This document shows, one piece after another, positions 13,045-28,394 of a DNA stretch of 64,000 bases. Location of the stretch: the NCBI RefSeq assembly GCF_006345805.1, contig NC_043004.1, positions 53,196,001-53,260,000 of the forward strand, in the 5' to 3' direction. This DNA is from Octopus sinensis. Taxonomy: Eukaryota. A program made the translations under genes and the position numbers. The notes below the pieces were generated by a model. It was not told the origin of the DNA. It made no database searches and saw nothing but the letters and a program-made list of their open reading frames with translations. Numbering within the stretch: position 1 is the first letter of the stretch; every line of letters begins with the position of its first letter.

Positions 13045-14400
13045 GGTAGTTTTATTTTTATAGCGTGCTTTTCTATTACTACTGTGCACAGCTATGTGTT
13101 TCTGTATGTTATATGTGTTTGTAAGTCCTGGTGTTTTTGTTATGCATTTGAATATTTTTTATCATACCTAATGCGCCTACTATGATAGGGATTGTTTCTG
13201 TTTTTAGATTCCACTTTCTGGTTACTTCTATTTCCAGGTCTTTGTAATTTGAATGTTTCTCCATTTCGTTTACAGACACGTTGTCATCTGCTGGTATTGA
13301 TACATCAGTTAGAAAGCATTTTTTTCTTCATGATCTCTGACAACTATATCTGGCCTATTGGCCTTAATTTCTCTATCTGTGTGTATTGGCATATCCCAGA
13401 GTATGGTTGCTTTCTCGTTTTCTGTGACCTTTTCTGGTGTGTGCTTATACCATCTTTTTTCTGTTGTTATTCCATAATGTTGACATAGCTTCCAATGTAT
13501 GTAGGTCCCAACTCTGTCGTGTCTGTGAATATATTCCTTCTTAGCTAGGACTGGGCAGCCAGAGATAATATGATTTATTGTTTCTTGTCCATCTCCACAT
13601 ATTCTGCAGTTATTTGTTATGTTTCTTTTCATTATTATAAGTTTTTGGTAATTTCTGGTGGGGAGGCTATGGTTTGTGCTGCAACTAAAAATCCTTCCAT
13701 CTCTGCTTTGAGTCCTGAGCTTCAACTATTGCTGGGATTTTTCTTTGTCTATTTCTTTTGCATTTAGCCTAGTCCAGTATTAGCCATGAAGGAGCTTTTC
13801 TGGCCATCGTTTTATCATGGTCCGTTGCTGTTCTAGTTTTAGTTTGGATTTCATTTGTTTTATAGCTTTTGATGTTGTTGTTTCTTCTTCTTCTTCTTCT
13901 TCTTCTTTTTTTTTCTTTTTCTTATTCTTTTTAATTTTTCTTTTTCTTTTTCTACTCTTTCTTTTTCTTTTTCTTCTCCTTCTTCTTCTTCTTTTCTTCT
14001 TCTTCTTCTTTTCTTCTTCTTCTTCTTCTTCTTCTTCTTCTACTTCTTCTTCTCTTCTTCTTCTTCTTCTTCTCTTCTTCTTCCTCCTCCTCTTCATATT
14101 TGCTAGGTGGTTTGATTTCTTGTTTATATTTGTCAGCTTCCTTGAATACTGAGAACTGTTTATTGTTTTGCTCGTGTTTTGCCGTTATTTGTATCAGCTT
14201 TCCTTGCTTCTGAATTAGTTATTTTTGCAGTCCTGTGGTGGTTCTTTTATAATATGTTTCCAGCTGTATAAGGCCTTTATCACCTTCTATACGTTGCATA
14301 CATAGCCTTTCTACGTCGGATTTTGGGTGATGCATCCTAGATCCTGTCAGTATTTTTACTATATCAGTAATAAATTTCGTCATCATTCAATCAAGTAATT
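13044..14400 (-). mobile_element. R4/Dong-like RLE retrotransposon, 5'-truncated (RT thumb to RLE)
   Basis: LTGSRMHHPKSDVERL..R.EG.KGLIQLE thumb; CRICGDGQETINHIISGCPVLAKKEYIHRHD; ILWDMPIHTDREIKANRPDIV (ORF 13309-13725). 5' boundary approximate. Confidence 0.85.
13880..14095. repeat. (GAA)n/(TTC)n-rich polypurine-polypyrimidine tract inside the retrotransposon
   Basis: Directly visible. Confidence 0.9.
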
Positions 14401-15034
14401 AACATCCCAATATTCTCTCGACCACAATGGTCCCTAGTCATCCCTATCGTCATTATACATATTCATTCGAAACTTGATTTACACATATTCAGCCTTTTCT
14501 TTTTCCTCCCTAGGGTCTTCTTTTTTTCTTTTATATATGTATTTTCTTCACACTGATGAAGCCCCATGTTCCAGACCAGTTTAAGTACCAAATATGATGA
14601 ATATCATTTTTAACATATCAATGGCAATACCATATAATATTGTAAGCAGAAACAGCTGTTAGATAGATGCAGTCTATTTCTATTGAATAGAAAAGTAATA
14701 ATTGATGTAGGTCAATTGTTGTTGATCAACATATTTTCATTTTCTGTTTACTTTATATATATATATATGTGTACGTGTGTGTGTCTGTGTGTGTGAGTGT
14801 GTGTGTCTATGTGTGTGTGCATGCGCGCGCGTGTAAATTATTAATATAGCCTTTCATATCGTGTATAATGTCTTCTAGTTTTCTCTTAATATATAAAGGT
14901 GTTTTTTCTTGATTATTTTTCGTACACCACGTTTTCTCGTTATTCTTTGTAAACCATAGTGCAAAAGTCGTGCTTCCTTCTCTTCGAGGGCTTGTAGCTG
15001 ATAAAGAAAATATTATTTTTGTTATTATTATCAC

Positions 15035-15079
<45 letters not shown>

Positions 15080-15689
15080 CATAATTATTATTATCGATAT
15101 AATTACCAGTAGTTACAATAATAGTTTAGTATTACAATGCCAACTCACCGACCTTTACTCCAATATACTCAATCATATTACACCAGTACCCATGTCAGAC
15201 ATGTCAATGAGATCGAATCTCATTAAATACACTAATCAATATTAACCAATCAATTATAATTAATAGCTATGACATTATCGATTATAGTTTCTGACACAAT
15301 TTACAATGTTTTCTGAAATACCAGCTACATTGGATATTTAATTAGTATTCTTCATGCGGTTGGTGACGGAAATGCACGTAGTTTGCCGAGAGTTTAAGTT
15401 CTTCTACAGTCACACGATGGGACTGCAGTTCCAGTAATGTCTAAAGAACAATCCCTTTTTTCAGTTAGATTATATAATGTGCATAATGATTTATTTGTGT
15501 TAAGTGACATTAAGTGATGTTATTTCTACAATGACAATAAGTGAAATCTCGGTAGGAAGTGCAGAGCTTATAATAAGAATGGAATTGCCAAGAAAATATA
15601 AGACTGAAGAATTTATTGGAATATTACAAATCAGTTTGAAATAAATTGGTACATACATAGGTGTAGGTATGGCTATGGGATAATAAGCT

Positions 15690-15805
15690 TGCTTTCCAGT
15701 CACTTAATTCCGGGTGCATTCCTACTCCTTTGCACCTTCGACTATAGCTTCGAGTTGAGTTTATAGTGAGTGGATTTGGTAGACGGAAACTGAAAGAATT
15801 CCGCC

Positions 15806-15876
<71 letters not shown>

Positions 15877-16110
15877 TCATATCTGTGTGTGTGCGTGTCA
15901 TTGTGTCTTTTTTTTATCCCCCTCATCACCGCTTGACACAACCGGTATTGGTGTGTGTATGTCACCGTATTTTCGCGATTCGGCAAATAAAAAAGTTATA
16001 GGATGAGTACTAAGCTTAAAACATAAGCTTTAGGGTCGGTTTGTTCGACTAAAACCCTTCAAGACGGTACTCCAGTATGGCCACATACTGAAACAAGTAA
16101 AAGGATAATA
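15690..16110 (+). mobile_element. tRNA-derived SINE (family 2), degenerate, with internal (TA)n
   Basis: GTGAGTGGATTTGGTAGACGGAAACTGAAAGAA and 3' TGAAACAAGTAAAAG shared with 53312-53717. Confidence 0.75.
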
Positions 16111-19044
16111 CAGTATGTCAGCATTTGTGTGTGTTTGTCTGCGCGCGCATAGATGAAAATTTGCATTACATTATGCCATGTTATTTAAATATAAATAGCA
16201 TTGTATTGTTGCCATCTAATATGAAAAAGTTGGAATGACTTGAATGACAGGAATTATTGCTAAAGCTGGTTGCCCATCCCTGTGGTTTGCGGAACTGCTT
16301 CGTTTTAGGCACACCACATTCTTGTTGACCTCTTCAACTTAACTGCAGCGTATTCAAATATGGATGATCTAACCGTCATTGATTGATGCAAGTATATACG
16401 TCCAACGTTCGTTTGAATGGCACCAAAGTTTTCCAAGGCACTCTTCCAGTTATAATGGCATGTCTGGAAATCAGATCATCTCAGGTGACACCATCAGCAC
16501 GTGCTGTAACTTTACGCAGTACAACAGCTTCAGTTATGACAATTTCCAATATGTCATTTTCATACTCAGTTATAGACAGAATAAGTACTAATATGCTGGA
16601 ATGGAGAAATCTGTTTTGATGTCGGAATTATTTGAATAAATGTGATTACTTAATCAACTGTAGAAATTAAGATTGGGTAGTTGCCGACATTTAAAACCGA
16701 CGTGCTATACAAGGGTTCATAAAGGGGTACTAGTTTTCGAATGTCCCAGATTTCTACTATACTAGACGGTAGGACCCTCTTATTAGATTGGATCCTCACT
16801 TCAGCAGAGATACGTGCACAGTTTTACGGGGTAGTAGTAGTAGAGAAGAGCACAGCTCAATAGGATTTCATATTATGTTCTGTTATGCCTGTAACCGATC
16901 ATCCTGCTGGGCTGCTGAAAAAACTAATATAATTAATATAATTAAAACGTTTCTAACATCGTCGATATGGAGTGTAGTCCGGCAAAAGTGATTATTTTCA
17001 ATATTTGTCAGTTTCGCAGAGCACACTGAAAAAAATGTTTAGCCGCATTCTTAGTTTGAATTCCGCAGCAGTCGATTTACCTTTCATTTTTCTGAGGTCG
17101 CGACTTACCCCATCCACCAAATTGCTGGCACTGCGCCAAAATTTAAACCAAAAGCTTCGATTTCCTCTCTTTCGTTGATACAAATATTTCAGATGCAGCG
17201 AGCTACCCATCGACTTGTGTCTCGGGAAAATCAAAGTTTGCAAGGGATAAAATACGCATCACTGTCCGGCAATAATTTGAACTCATAGCATTTCAGTCTT
17301 TTTCACCAGTAAATCGGTGAGGGTTATCAGCAACATTATCGAAATAAAGGAAGTTCAACTGCTAGGTGAAGCAGTCTATACGTCCTAGTTGCGGTAATAA
17401 GTAAACGTACCAGTTGTAAGTGGCATCGCGTCGTGTGCCAATGTATTCGTACAATTTTGAATGTCTTATCGTTTTGCATATATGTAAATATCACAATTGA
17501 ATTATTGTTGCTGACTTCATACACAAGTTACCATAGCAACACTTCTCCTAAAGTACAATTTTGAAAAGTGTAGCTATAAAAGGATAAGAATTCAAAACAA
17601 TATATAAACTCGCTGCACACAATTACAGAGCGTAATGTACACGTATACGATATAGACATATATAGGCAACGTAACTATACATTCATACAGTCACCGTTTC
17701 AGCGCTTGGGTTTACGTGTACCGAATCAAATAGTTTATGACAGTAAGTCAAAAGAAAAATAAAATGAAATAAAATAAAATAAAATAAAATAAATAGATAA
17801 AAAGGAGAAACATCAAATATTATTTTTGGAATAACGGTTTGATAAATTATCGATTTAATAAAATAATTCATTTTTTTTGTTTTCTTTTGTTTCATTGTAA
17901 TTATTGAAATATTTAATTTAATTGCAACACAAAGAAAGTGATTTATCTCCCTTCCATAGCAACTATGAAATCGGCATCGATATTTTCCTCAGGAGAAATT
18001 AAAAGAAAAATGCGGAAAGACCGATCATACACACACATACGAAAACGGAACATAAGTATTCATGTTTACAGGCACACACTAAAAGTTTACTGAATATGTC
18101 TGTATGTGTGCGTACTTTTATATACATACATATATACATACATGCACACACACACACACACACGCTCACACGCGCGCGCGCATACACACACATTTAGTTT
18201 CACAAAAGCCATTTTCTCTTATCGACCCATTTTCAAACTAATGTTACTTTTGAGAAAGAAGAATAAGTATAATTTAATATTATCAGACGTAGTTGATCAG
18301 AAAAAATTAGGCTCTGTTTGTTGAAGTTCCGGAGCTCAGCATTGGTTCGATATTCACGTAGATGTTGCAAGATAACCAGAACAAAGCCGGAGTGGAAAAC
18401 ATTTCAAAAATAATTTTGGTGTTAGGCTCTTTTATAATGTAATTCTTAGAAAGGCGTCTTGAAATTATTGTGCTGTGAGCCAGCTCCATTTGGTAACTGT
18501 CTTCTGTCTGTTTATTTGCATGAGAGAGTTGGAGATTGAGGGCGTAACAGAGAGAGAAAATGAGAATGTGGGAGTAGGAGCGAGGGGGGTAGGGATTGGG
18601 GAAATGGAAAGCAGAGTAATGAACAAATATTTTGGTATCTTGTTGAGCTTTTTAAATTTAAACCATAAGTACATTAGCATTGAAACAAATTTAAACATGC
18701 TCATTATCTAATCACATACTTTCTCTAAGTTTTTGTCTTTTTGCCAATCTACTTGTTTGTATGTCAACTTGTCTTGGCGTGTATAACAGTGTGTGCGAAT
18801 GCGTTGAGATACAAATTAAATTGTGGTTTTCATATTCCTCCAAACATTAAGGTGGGTTATAAAAAAAATCCTCGATCAAATATTGGGTATGAAGGGATTC
18901 TAGTGCTATGAAAAATTCTTATACGGTATTTTGCACAAAACAGATATCGCTGATATTGTTATGAACGAACATGTGTGTATGTCTGCGTCTGTTTCATTGG
19001 TACCGTAACATTATCAACAAATAGAATTAGTGAAACGTAGACTT

Positions 19045-19195
19045 TGCTGTGTGGTAAGAAGCTTGCTTCGCAACCACATGGTCTCGGGTTCAGTCCCACT
19101 GTGTGACATCTTGTGCAAGTGTCATCTACTATAGCCTCGGGCCAACCAAAGCATTATGAGTGGATTTGGTTGACAGAAACTGAAAGAACTCCGTC

Positions 19196-19240
<45 letters not shown>

Positions 19241-19447
19241 ATATATATATGTATATATGTTTATGTGTCTGAGTTTGTCTCCCACCATCGCTTGGCAACT
19301 GATGTTGGTGTGTTTATGTCCCCGTAAATTAGCAGTCCGGTAAAAGAGACCTATAGAATAAGTACTAGGAGTCTTGGGGACGATTTGTTCCACGAAAGCT
19401 GTTGCGTCAGCATGGCTGCAGTCAACTGACTAAAACCAATAAAAGAA
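19045..19447 (+). mobile_element. tRNA-derived SINE (family 2)
   Basis: Colinear with 53312-53717; B-box GGGTTCAGTCCC. Confidence 0.85.
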
Positions 19448-20485
19448 TTTAGCTACAGTTTTGAAAATAATAAAATCAAAAATCAGTCAATGAATCAACC
19501 AAGCAAAAGAGAAAAATATGTAATATTGCAGAATTAAAAATTAACGAAAATATTATCTATTAAAGTACAATAGAATCGAACTGGAGACATTGAGAACTTG
19601 AGAGTCAAACGATTTGTTGAAAATGTCATGTTTACAGGGTCAGGAAAATGGAAGATAAAATAAATTTTAGCTAATCGGTACGTGTGTGTATACCAGTGTA
19701 TTTATGTATAGGTGGAGTGTGTATGCGCACGCGCGTATGTGTGTACGTGTCCGTGTGTTGGTGTGGAAGGGCCGGGTGGAGATTAAATGTGGAATACGGA
19801 GTGATTGGAAGAAACCAATTTCGGCTGATGGATGTTGCAGGATATTTAATTAAAGAGGAAGCATTGAAGTGCCGTGGGTGTCAAAGAAAACTCATCCTTC
19901 ACGTGGAATATCAAAGGCATCTTTAGTGTTTGTGTTACTAATGAACTGATAAAGTTGTCAAACCTTTTTATTATTATTCTTATTGTAGTTTTATTTGTCG
20001 GTTTTTCTTTGTTTTCCTTGCATTTAATTGGTTTTCTCTTGTCTTTTATACATTTTTTGTTTTAATTTTCCGGGATTCTAACTTCGGTCATGGTTGGTGT
20101 TGCTTAAAGAATATGGATTTGTCTCTGACAAATTATACCTTTTGTATGAAATATTGATTTTGCGGTAGTGGTGATCCATTTAAAATAACTGGCAAGCTGC
20201 TGGATTGAGAGGGTTGGTGACCCGCATGCGATTTCGAACGGCAGAAGTCAAATTGCTCTCCTAAAATCCCTTGGAGAAGATAAAAGCACCCTGTACTCCT
20301 ATGCTACCCATTCCCTACAATATAGTACCCCATTTCTCAAATGGTATTAAACAAGTAAACAAAAACTAATACAGATTGCAAAATTGGCAGAAGTAATAAT
20401 TTGCTGAATTGCTTTACAGAAGTTCTACAGTTCGTTTCTCGACGGCACCACTATAACTTCCTTACTCGATACATGTACCATGGTT

Positions 20486-20630
20486 AAGGCGACGAACTGG
20501 CAGAATTGCTAGCACACCAGGCAAAATGTTTAGTGGCATTTCGCCTGACTTTACTTTCTGAGTTCGAATTTCACCGAAGTCAATTTTGCCTTCATCCTTT
20601 CGGGGTCGACAATATAAGTACCAGTTTTAC
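20486..20630 (+). mobile_element. short tRNA-like SINE (family 3)
   Basis: GGCGACGAACTGGCAGAA..TTCTGAGTTCGAATT..CATCCTTTCGGGGTCGA shared with 37261-37494. Confidence 0.8.
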
Positions 20631-20876
20631 TATCATCATTTCTTAAATATAGCCAAGAAACACGTGTCGTTATTCTACCAATTATACGAATTAGTACCCA
20701 TATGTACTTGCTTGCGCGCGCGCGTGTGTGTGTGTGAATGTTCGTGTGGGCGTGTATGCGTGTGTTCGTACGGCCGCGTGTATGTGTGTCTTTATCCTCA
20801 CATTATGTTTATGTACTGCTCCGAATTAGTTCATTTGCGTCTTCTTCCTCATATATATAGTAATCGTCCACCTTCT

Positions 20877-20932
<56 letters not shown>

Positions 20933-20970
20933 AGAGAGAGTGAGAGAAAAAAAGTAGATATACATAAATA

Positions 20971-21051
20971 GAGAGGTTGGACAAAATAATGGAAACACCT
21001 AACATCATGGCATCATAATTTTGAAATATCTATAAAACCATCAATAGCTTG

Positions 21052-21105
<54 letters not shown>

Positions 21106-22261
21106 TATTATTAGTGTTGCTTAATGTTTTGCTAAAATTGCTGTTTCTTTTCAGATATCATCAGAAAAAGGTAACTAAAATTCATTAAAATGACAGATCT
21201 ATCGGACTTTCAAAGAGGTCAAATTTTTGGTGCCCGTATGGCAGGCGCTAGAGTAATGAAAACAGCCGAAATGTTTGGTGTATCAAGAACTACTGTCTGG
21301 AAACTAACGACAGACTTTGAGAAAGAGGGAAAATCATCCTCGTCGAATCAAAACTCCGGAAGAAAACAAAAACTTTCAGATAGAGACCGTCGGACTCTTA
21401 CGCAAATTGTTAAAAAGGATCACAAAAGTAGAGCTACGAAAATTACTGCAGAGATTAATGACCCAGTTTCTACAAACACTGTTCGCTGGGAGCTACAGAG
21501 AGCCGGATTTCACGGGAGGACTCTAATCAGAAAACTACTACTTTCAAAAACAAACGTGGCAAAGCGTTTAGAATTGAGTAAAAATCTACAGAATTGGTTC
21601 TTAGAACAGTGGAAGAATGTTATTTTCTCGAACGAGTCATTCTTTACCTTATTCCGATCACCGGCCGACTATACGTGTGGAGACAGTCAAAAGACGCATT
21701 TGAGGCAGACTGCCTTCTTCCAACATTTAAAGATGGAGAAGGATCTGTGATGATCTAGGGGACTATATCTTGGAAATCCGCCAGCCCAATAGTTTCTCTT
21801 CGTGGTACAATTAATAGTCAAGACTATTTAAACATTTTATCCGATCAAATCGATCCTATGGTTGAGGAACTGTTTCTGGAGGGAAACTCAGTCTTTCAGG
21901 ATGATAATGCACCAATTTATACAGCTAAAGTTGTTACTGAATGGCACCACGAGGAACATTCTAGGGAAGTTGAACATCTTATCTGGCCAACACAGTCCCC
22001 AGATCTCAATATTATTGAGCATTTATGATGAACTTTGGAAAAACAAGTAAGGAGTCGATATCTTCCCCATTATCTCGACAAGATCTGGAGACTGTTTTAG
22101 CTGAAGAAAAGACAAAAATTCCTTTGGAAACAATTCAAACTTTGTACAAGTCCATACTTCGTAGAATTCAGGCTGTAATTACTGCCAAAGGCGGTCCTAA
22201 CTCACATTAAATATATTTATTTGTAATTTTAAGCTGTTTCCATTATTTTGTCCAACCCCTG
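20971..22261 (+). mobile_element. Tc1 (DD34E) transposon, near full length, defective
   Basis: ~27-bp TIRs (GGTTGGACAAAATAATGGAAACA) flanked by TA. Paired-like HTH N-terminus (ORF 21190-21750), FSNES, FQDDNAP and SPDLNIIE motifs split by frameshifts. Confidence 0.92.
21190..22210 (+). pseudogene. Tc1 transposase pseudogene
   Basis: 186-aa open N-terminal part, followed by frameshifts and stops. Confidence 0.88.
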
Positions 22262-22390
22262 TATATACATATATATGTACATATTTGTATATAAATATAG
22301 GTATGTATATATATATATGTTTTTGTGTGTGCGTGTGAGTGCATGTGTGTATGTGTGTTTGCACACACGTATATAAATATATATATATAT

Positions 22391-22484
<94 letters not shown>

Positions 22485-25274
22485 GACATTTGAAGAAGCG
22501 TGTTGCCACCAAGTGAGATTTCTGTATTGTGAAGCGTTTGTTTCGTAGTAATATGTATCCTAACATCTTGTAATAAAGGAGGTGCATGTATATGTAATTT
22601 TAGTATGAATTTACAAACAAGAAAATCAAGTGTATTAAAGATCCTAGAATCAAGAATATGAGAAACATTGTAAGAATTTGCATTGTAAATTTTCATTTAT
22701 AATCTAATGCCGGCGTGATTTGTAACGATTTTCTCCGTCAGGAATTGGTTCTTATAATATTCAATGATCTGTGTTAGCGATGTCATTGTAATATTGTACT
22801 GACGCAATGTATGATAGATTTGGTAATACATATATTTCGATAATAACAGAAATAATATATAACTGACGAGAAATCTAAGAGGCTTAATGATAAATCAAAG
22901 AAATATAAATATTAAAGAGATTCATTGATGAAAGAGAAGGTGATGTAGGAGACGGGGTGAAGGGGACAGTGAAAAGTAATCGATGAATATAGAATGTTAA
23001 ATATATATAAGGAAATGAAATCAAATTAATATATAAAATTTAGTGAAATTACGCACTGAACGAAAAATAGGGTTGGCAGAGAAAAATGTAAAACATGGGC
23101 GGGAATAACTCAAAAGTGTTGTACTGAAAGTGCTAAATAAATATATACGAGAATTTTATGATGAAGATAAAATTAGAAAAAAGAGAAAATATTTGATGGG
23201 AATTGAAACGGGGTTTTGAATAAATATGAATTAATTGAAAAGAGATTAAAGAGATTAAATATAATGGGAATATGAGGATGAATAGGAGTGATAGGAGTGT
23301 CATTAGAATGATACGGGAGCAGTATGGTTCGAGATTGAGTTGGATGATGGTGAGGTGTGTAACTAGAAATACTGAAGTGTTGTTAGGAGTAAATTTTTAA
23401 AGTATTAAAACAAAAAAGAAAGAATTGTCGGAACTTTAATAAATTGGTGAATGAATAAAGAAAAAAAGCAATATAAAGCAGAAATAAAGATAGATTAAAT
23501 ATTGCGATGATGTGAATACAATTATAAAAGGGAAATGAGTGAATAGGAAAACATAACTATATATGAAATAAAACTAGATAAAATGATTTAAGGGCAGTTC
23601 TATGACAAGGGGAATGTAAGTATGAAGAGATAAAGTTGTTTAAATGATGCGTTGTTCTGATCAGAGTGAAGAGAGATGATGAAAGTGTTTAAATTAAAGA
23701 ATGAAAGTATAAATTTGAATACAGAGGCAAAAGGTATAGGAATATAGATTTCGGATTTAACTATCATAGTTAAACTACAAACTCAGTATAACAACAAGAT
23801 TTAATTACATGTTCAGACATAGAGGAGATTAGAATCGGGTATAAATAGTCTAATCGTCGATCAATAATACTAGAAATTATGTACAGGAGTAATTATACCA
23901 GTATTCTAAAGAAGAAGATAATATACAATAAGTGCGATGTATATTTCAGGCGTACGAGAAGTACAATTATTATATAATTGAAAATCTGAGTTGAAATTCC
24001 GCCGAGGTTGATGTCGTCATTCCTCATTTCAAGGTCGGTAAAATAAATACCAGTTAAGGACTGGGGTTGATGAATTCGAATTGGCCCATTCCCTCGTGTC
24101 AAAATTTGAAGCCAATATATGCACCAGGTAAAATATAACCGGGTATAAGACTAATAATTTAGAGTCGTTTATGAGAGTGATGTGGTACAAAAGTTTAAAC
24201 GTAAATTATAGAACAAGTCGCTACTCAGATTTATTTCGCATATGCTAGACAACATAGAGGTTCACTGTTTTACCATTTACCTGTTCCAGTCATTAGATTG
24301 TGGTTATGTTAGGACACCAGCTTGTATAGAAAACATGTGTAAAGTTGTTTATAGTTGTGAGAGAGAGTAACTTGTCCACAGAAATTACATTAGAATTATA
24401 TAGCAACGGATCTGTTACACATTCAGCAGCAGATTGAAAGCTTTTCTCACATTTGCAGCATCGTTACCTCCTGAAGTGACAATGTGCAACATTATTTCAA
24501 AGATCCAAAGATATTTCCAGTATGCGTAACAGAAAAAAGAAGAAGACATTTCAAGTTCGGGTAAATAGAAAATATGAAATAGCGTCCGAGTGCAGACTGA
24601 TGAAAAAACACTCCTTTTAAAAGAAGGTTAAATAGAGATGAAGTAAGAACCTTCACTAAATTCATCGTCTAAATTAATGGCTACTGACATATAGCAATAT
24701 CAGAGGGTACAACATACAATACATGCTTATACAGTTCCTTCCAATATTCGTTCACTGCAAAACTCACGGAAAAGTGGGTATATTTTGTAAATTATGTTTT
24801 TTTGCAACAGCTGCCCATCAGTCATTTTATATCTGGCAAATTATCATTAGACTACAGCTACACTTTCAAGATCGAACAATTCAAACACTTTAATCATTGT
24901 TCTCTGAATTCCCAAATAATTTCCTTTATAGTTCATTTTGATTATAGGCGAGATATATTTCGTATGAATACTCAGTCTGAAATGTGAAGAAATCCTGTTC
25001 GCGACTAGTTCTACTGACTACAAATGTATGGCATATTTTGATAAGCTATCGAAAATTTAAAAAAAACGTATTTTTTGAGATACAAATTGGGATAACCGGC
25101 GATGGTTGGCTCTTTGGTATATCTTTTTGCACCAAATGTCCAGGCTGGCAATATGTTTCTTCGGCGTACTGTTTACTACAAGCGAGTAAAATTAAGCAAG
25201 TACATACTTCAGTTCCTGAAGGCAGTAATTTGAAATCTTACCATCGCCCATAATGACATATAGACATATGTATG

Positions 25275-25368
<94 letters not shown>

Positions 25369-25435
25369 CATATACATATATATATATATAGAGAGAGAGT
25401 GAGAGTCATAGACATATATATATGTATCTATATAT

Positions 25436-25469
<34 letters not shown>

Positions 25470-26480
25470 GACATACACACACACATACACGCACACACAC
25501 ACACATACACACACACACATATATATGTATATATCTGCATACACAACATTTATATACATGTGTACGCGTATGTATGTAAATACAGGCGATTATTTTGTGC
25601 TAAAAGTTTCTTTTACTTCGAAAATTTTATGTAATGGAAGTAATCCTATTGCAATGTTGTGAATAAAAGACATAAAATCTCCATTTGCATCGCTTATTAA
25701 ATACTGCATTGAAAAGGAATTTGTGTCAACTCCTCCCTAGATTACCGAATCAGTACTCTAAAGCTTGAAAGGGACGGGCTTCTGTTAGGGGCCCGCAAAT
25801 CTTTTAGTCGCATGGAGCGGATTCGAACTGTCTTAAATATTAAATGTGTTGAATGACCTTTAACTTTGTCCACTCTCTCGCATATATATTCATACATACA
25901 TAAACAAATATACATACACATACACACACACATATATAAACATACATACATGCATGCAGGTGATGTGTGTGTGCGCACGCGCACTTGTGTTTAAATCGTG
26001 AGATTGCGATAGAGGATCAAAATAAGTAGAGTCAGAGTTAGACAAATATATGACATATCCACAGCGAAAAAAAAAACGAAAAAAAATAGACGAAACAAGA
26101 GGAAGATGAAAGAGTAAGTTAAATCATTACGATGAATGTTTATGTCGTAAATAGAAGGCAGAGGAACGCAAATTTGGTTTCAATTCTATCGTTCTCCCAT
26201 ACAGCCGATCGATTATCTTCCTATTATATATTCGGTTCAACACTGCATATATATTATTTATTCTATTCTCCTTTAAGCATCTTTTCAGATCACGAAAATG
26301 CAGGTCTTCTTTGGGTAATCATTATAAACCATTATATTCCTGCTGCTTTAACCAATATTGATTTCCATTTTGTTTCACCAAGCGTTTTTGTTTTTAAATG
26401 TCTGATTTTTGGTTCCGTTATTTTTATGTGCTATTATTATTTCCAATGTCGCCTTTGTTGCTTGTCCCTGCTCGATGTGT

Positions 26481-26579
<99 letters not shown>

Positions 26580-26859
26580 ATGCTCTCATGGGTATGTATG
26601 TGTTTGCAAGCGCGTGTATCTCTGTCTTTCGCTACAAAATTGCAGTTATAGAATCTCCTTTATCTTACTGAATTATTCTGCTATGATTACACTATATCAA
26701 GTAGTTGCACTTTTGTACAATACATACATACTTAAAAACAGCACATGCACGCATGCGCATAAAATCCGGCAGAAAATAGACAAAAATCTTCATATGCATA
26801 CGTGTGAATGCATAAAAATACAATTTCTAAAAGTACATTGACGTATATATATATATATA

Positions 26860-28394
<1,535 letters not shown>

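Noticed and set aside
14553-14559. CTGATGA hammerhead-like core
   Set aside because: No downstream stem II + GAAA + NUH or matching stem I. The same applies to the core at 41706-41712.
16379-16619. Overlapping 70-78 aa ORFs with non-repetitive composition
   Set aside because: No recognisable motif and no convincing splice sites; the minus frame has an internal stop.
18379-18420. Minus-strand peptide TKIIFEMFSTPALF resembling actin TQIMFETFNTPAMY
   Set aside because: Similarity stops abruptly on both sides and splice signals are weak, so it is probably chance. A tBLASTn with actin/ARP would settle it.
22850-23900. Possible mitochondrial insertion (NUMT) given the strand skew
   Set aside because: No recognisable mitochondrial protein, rRNA or tRNA motifs in either orientation.
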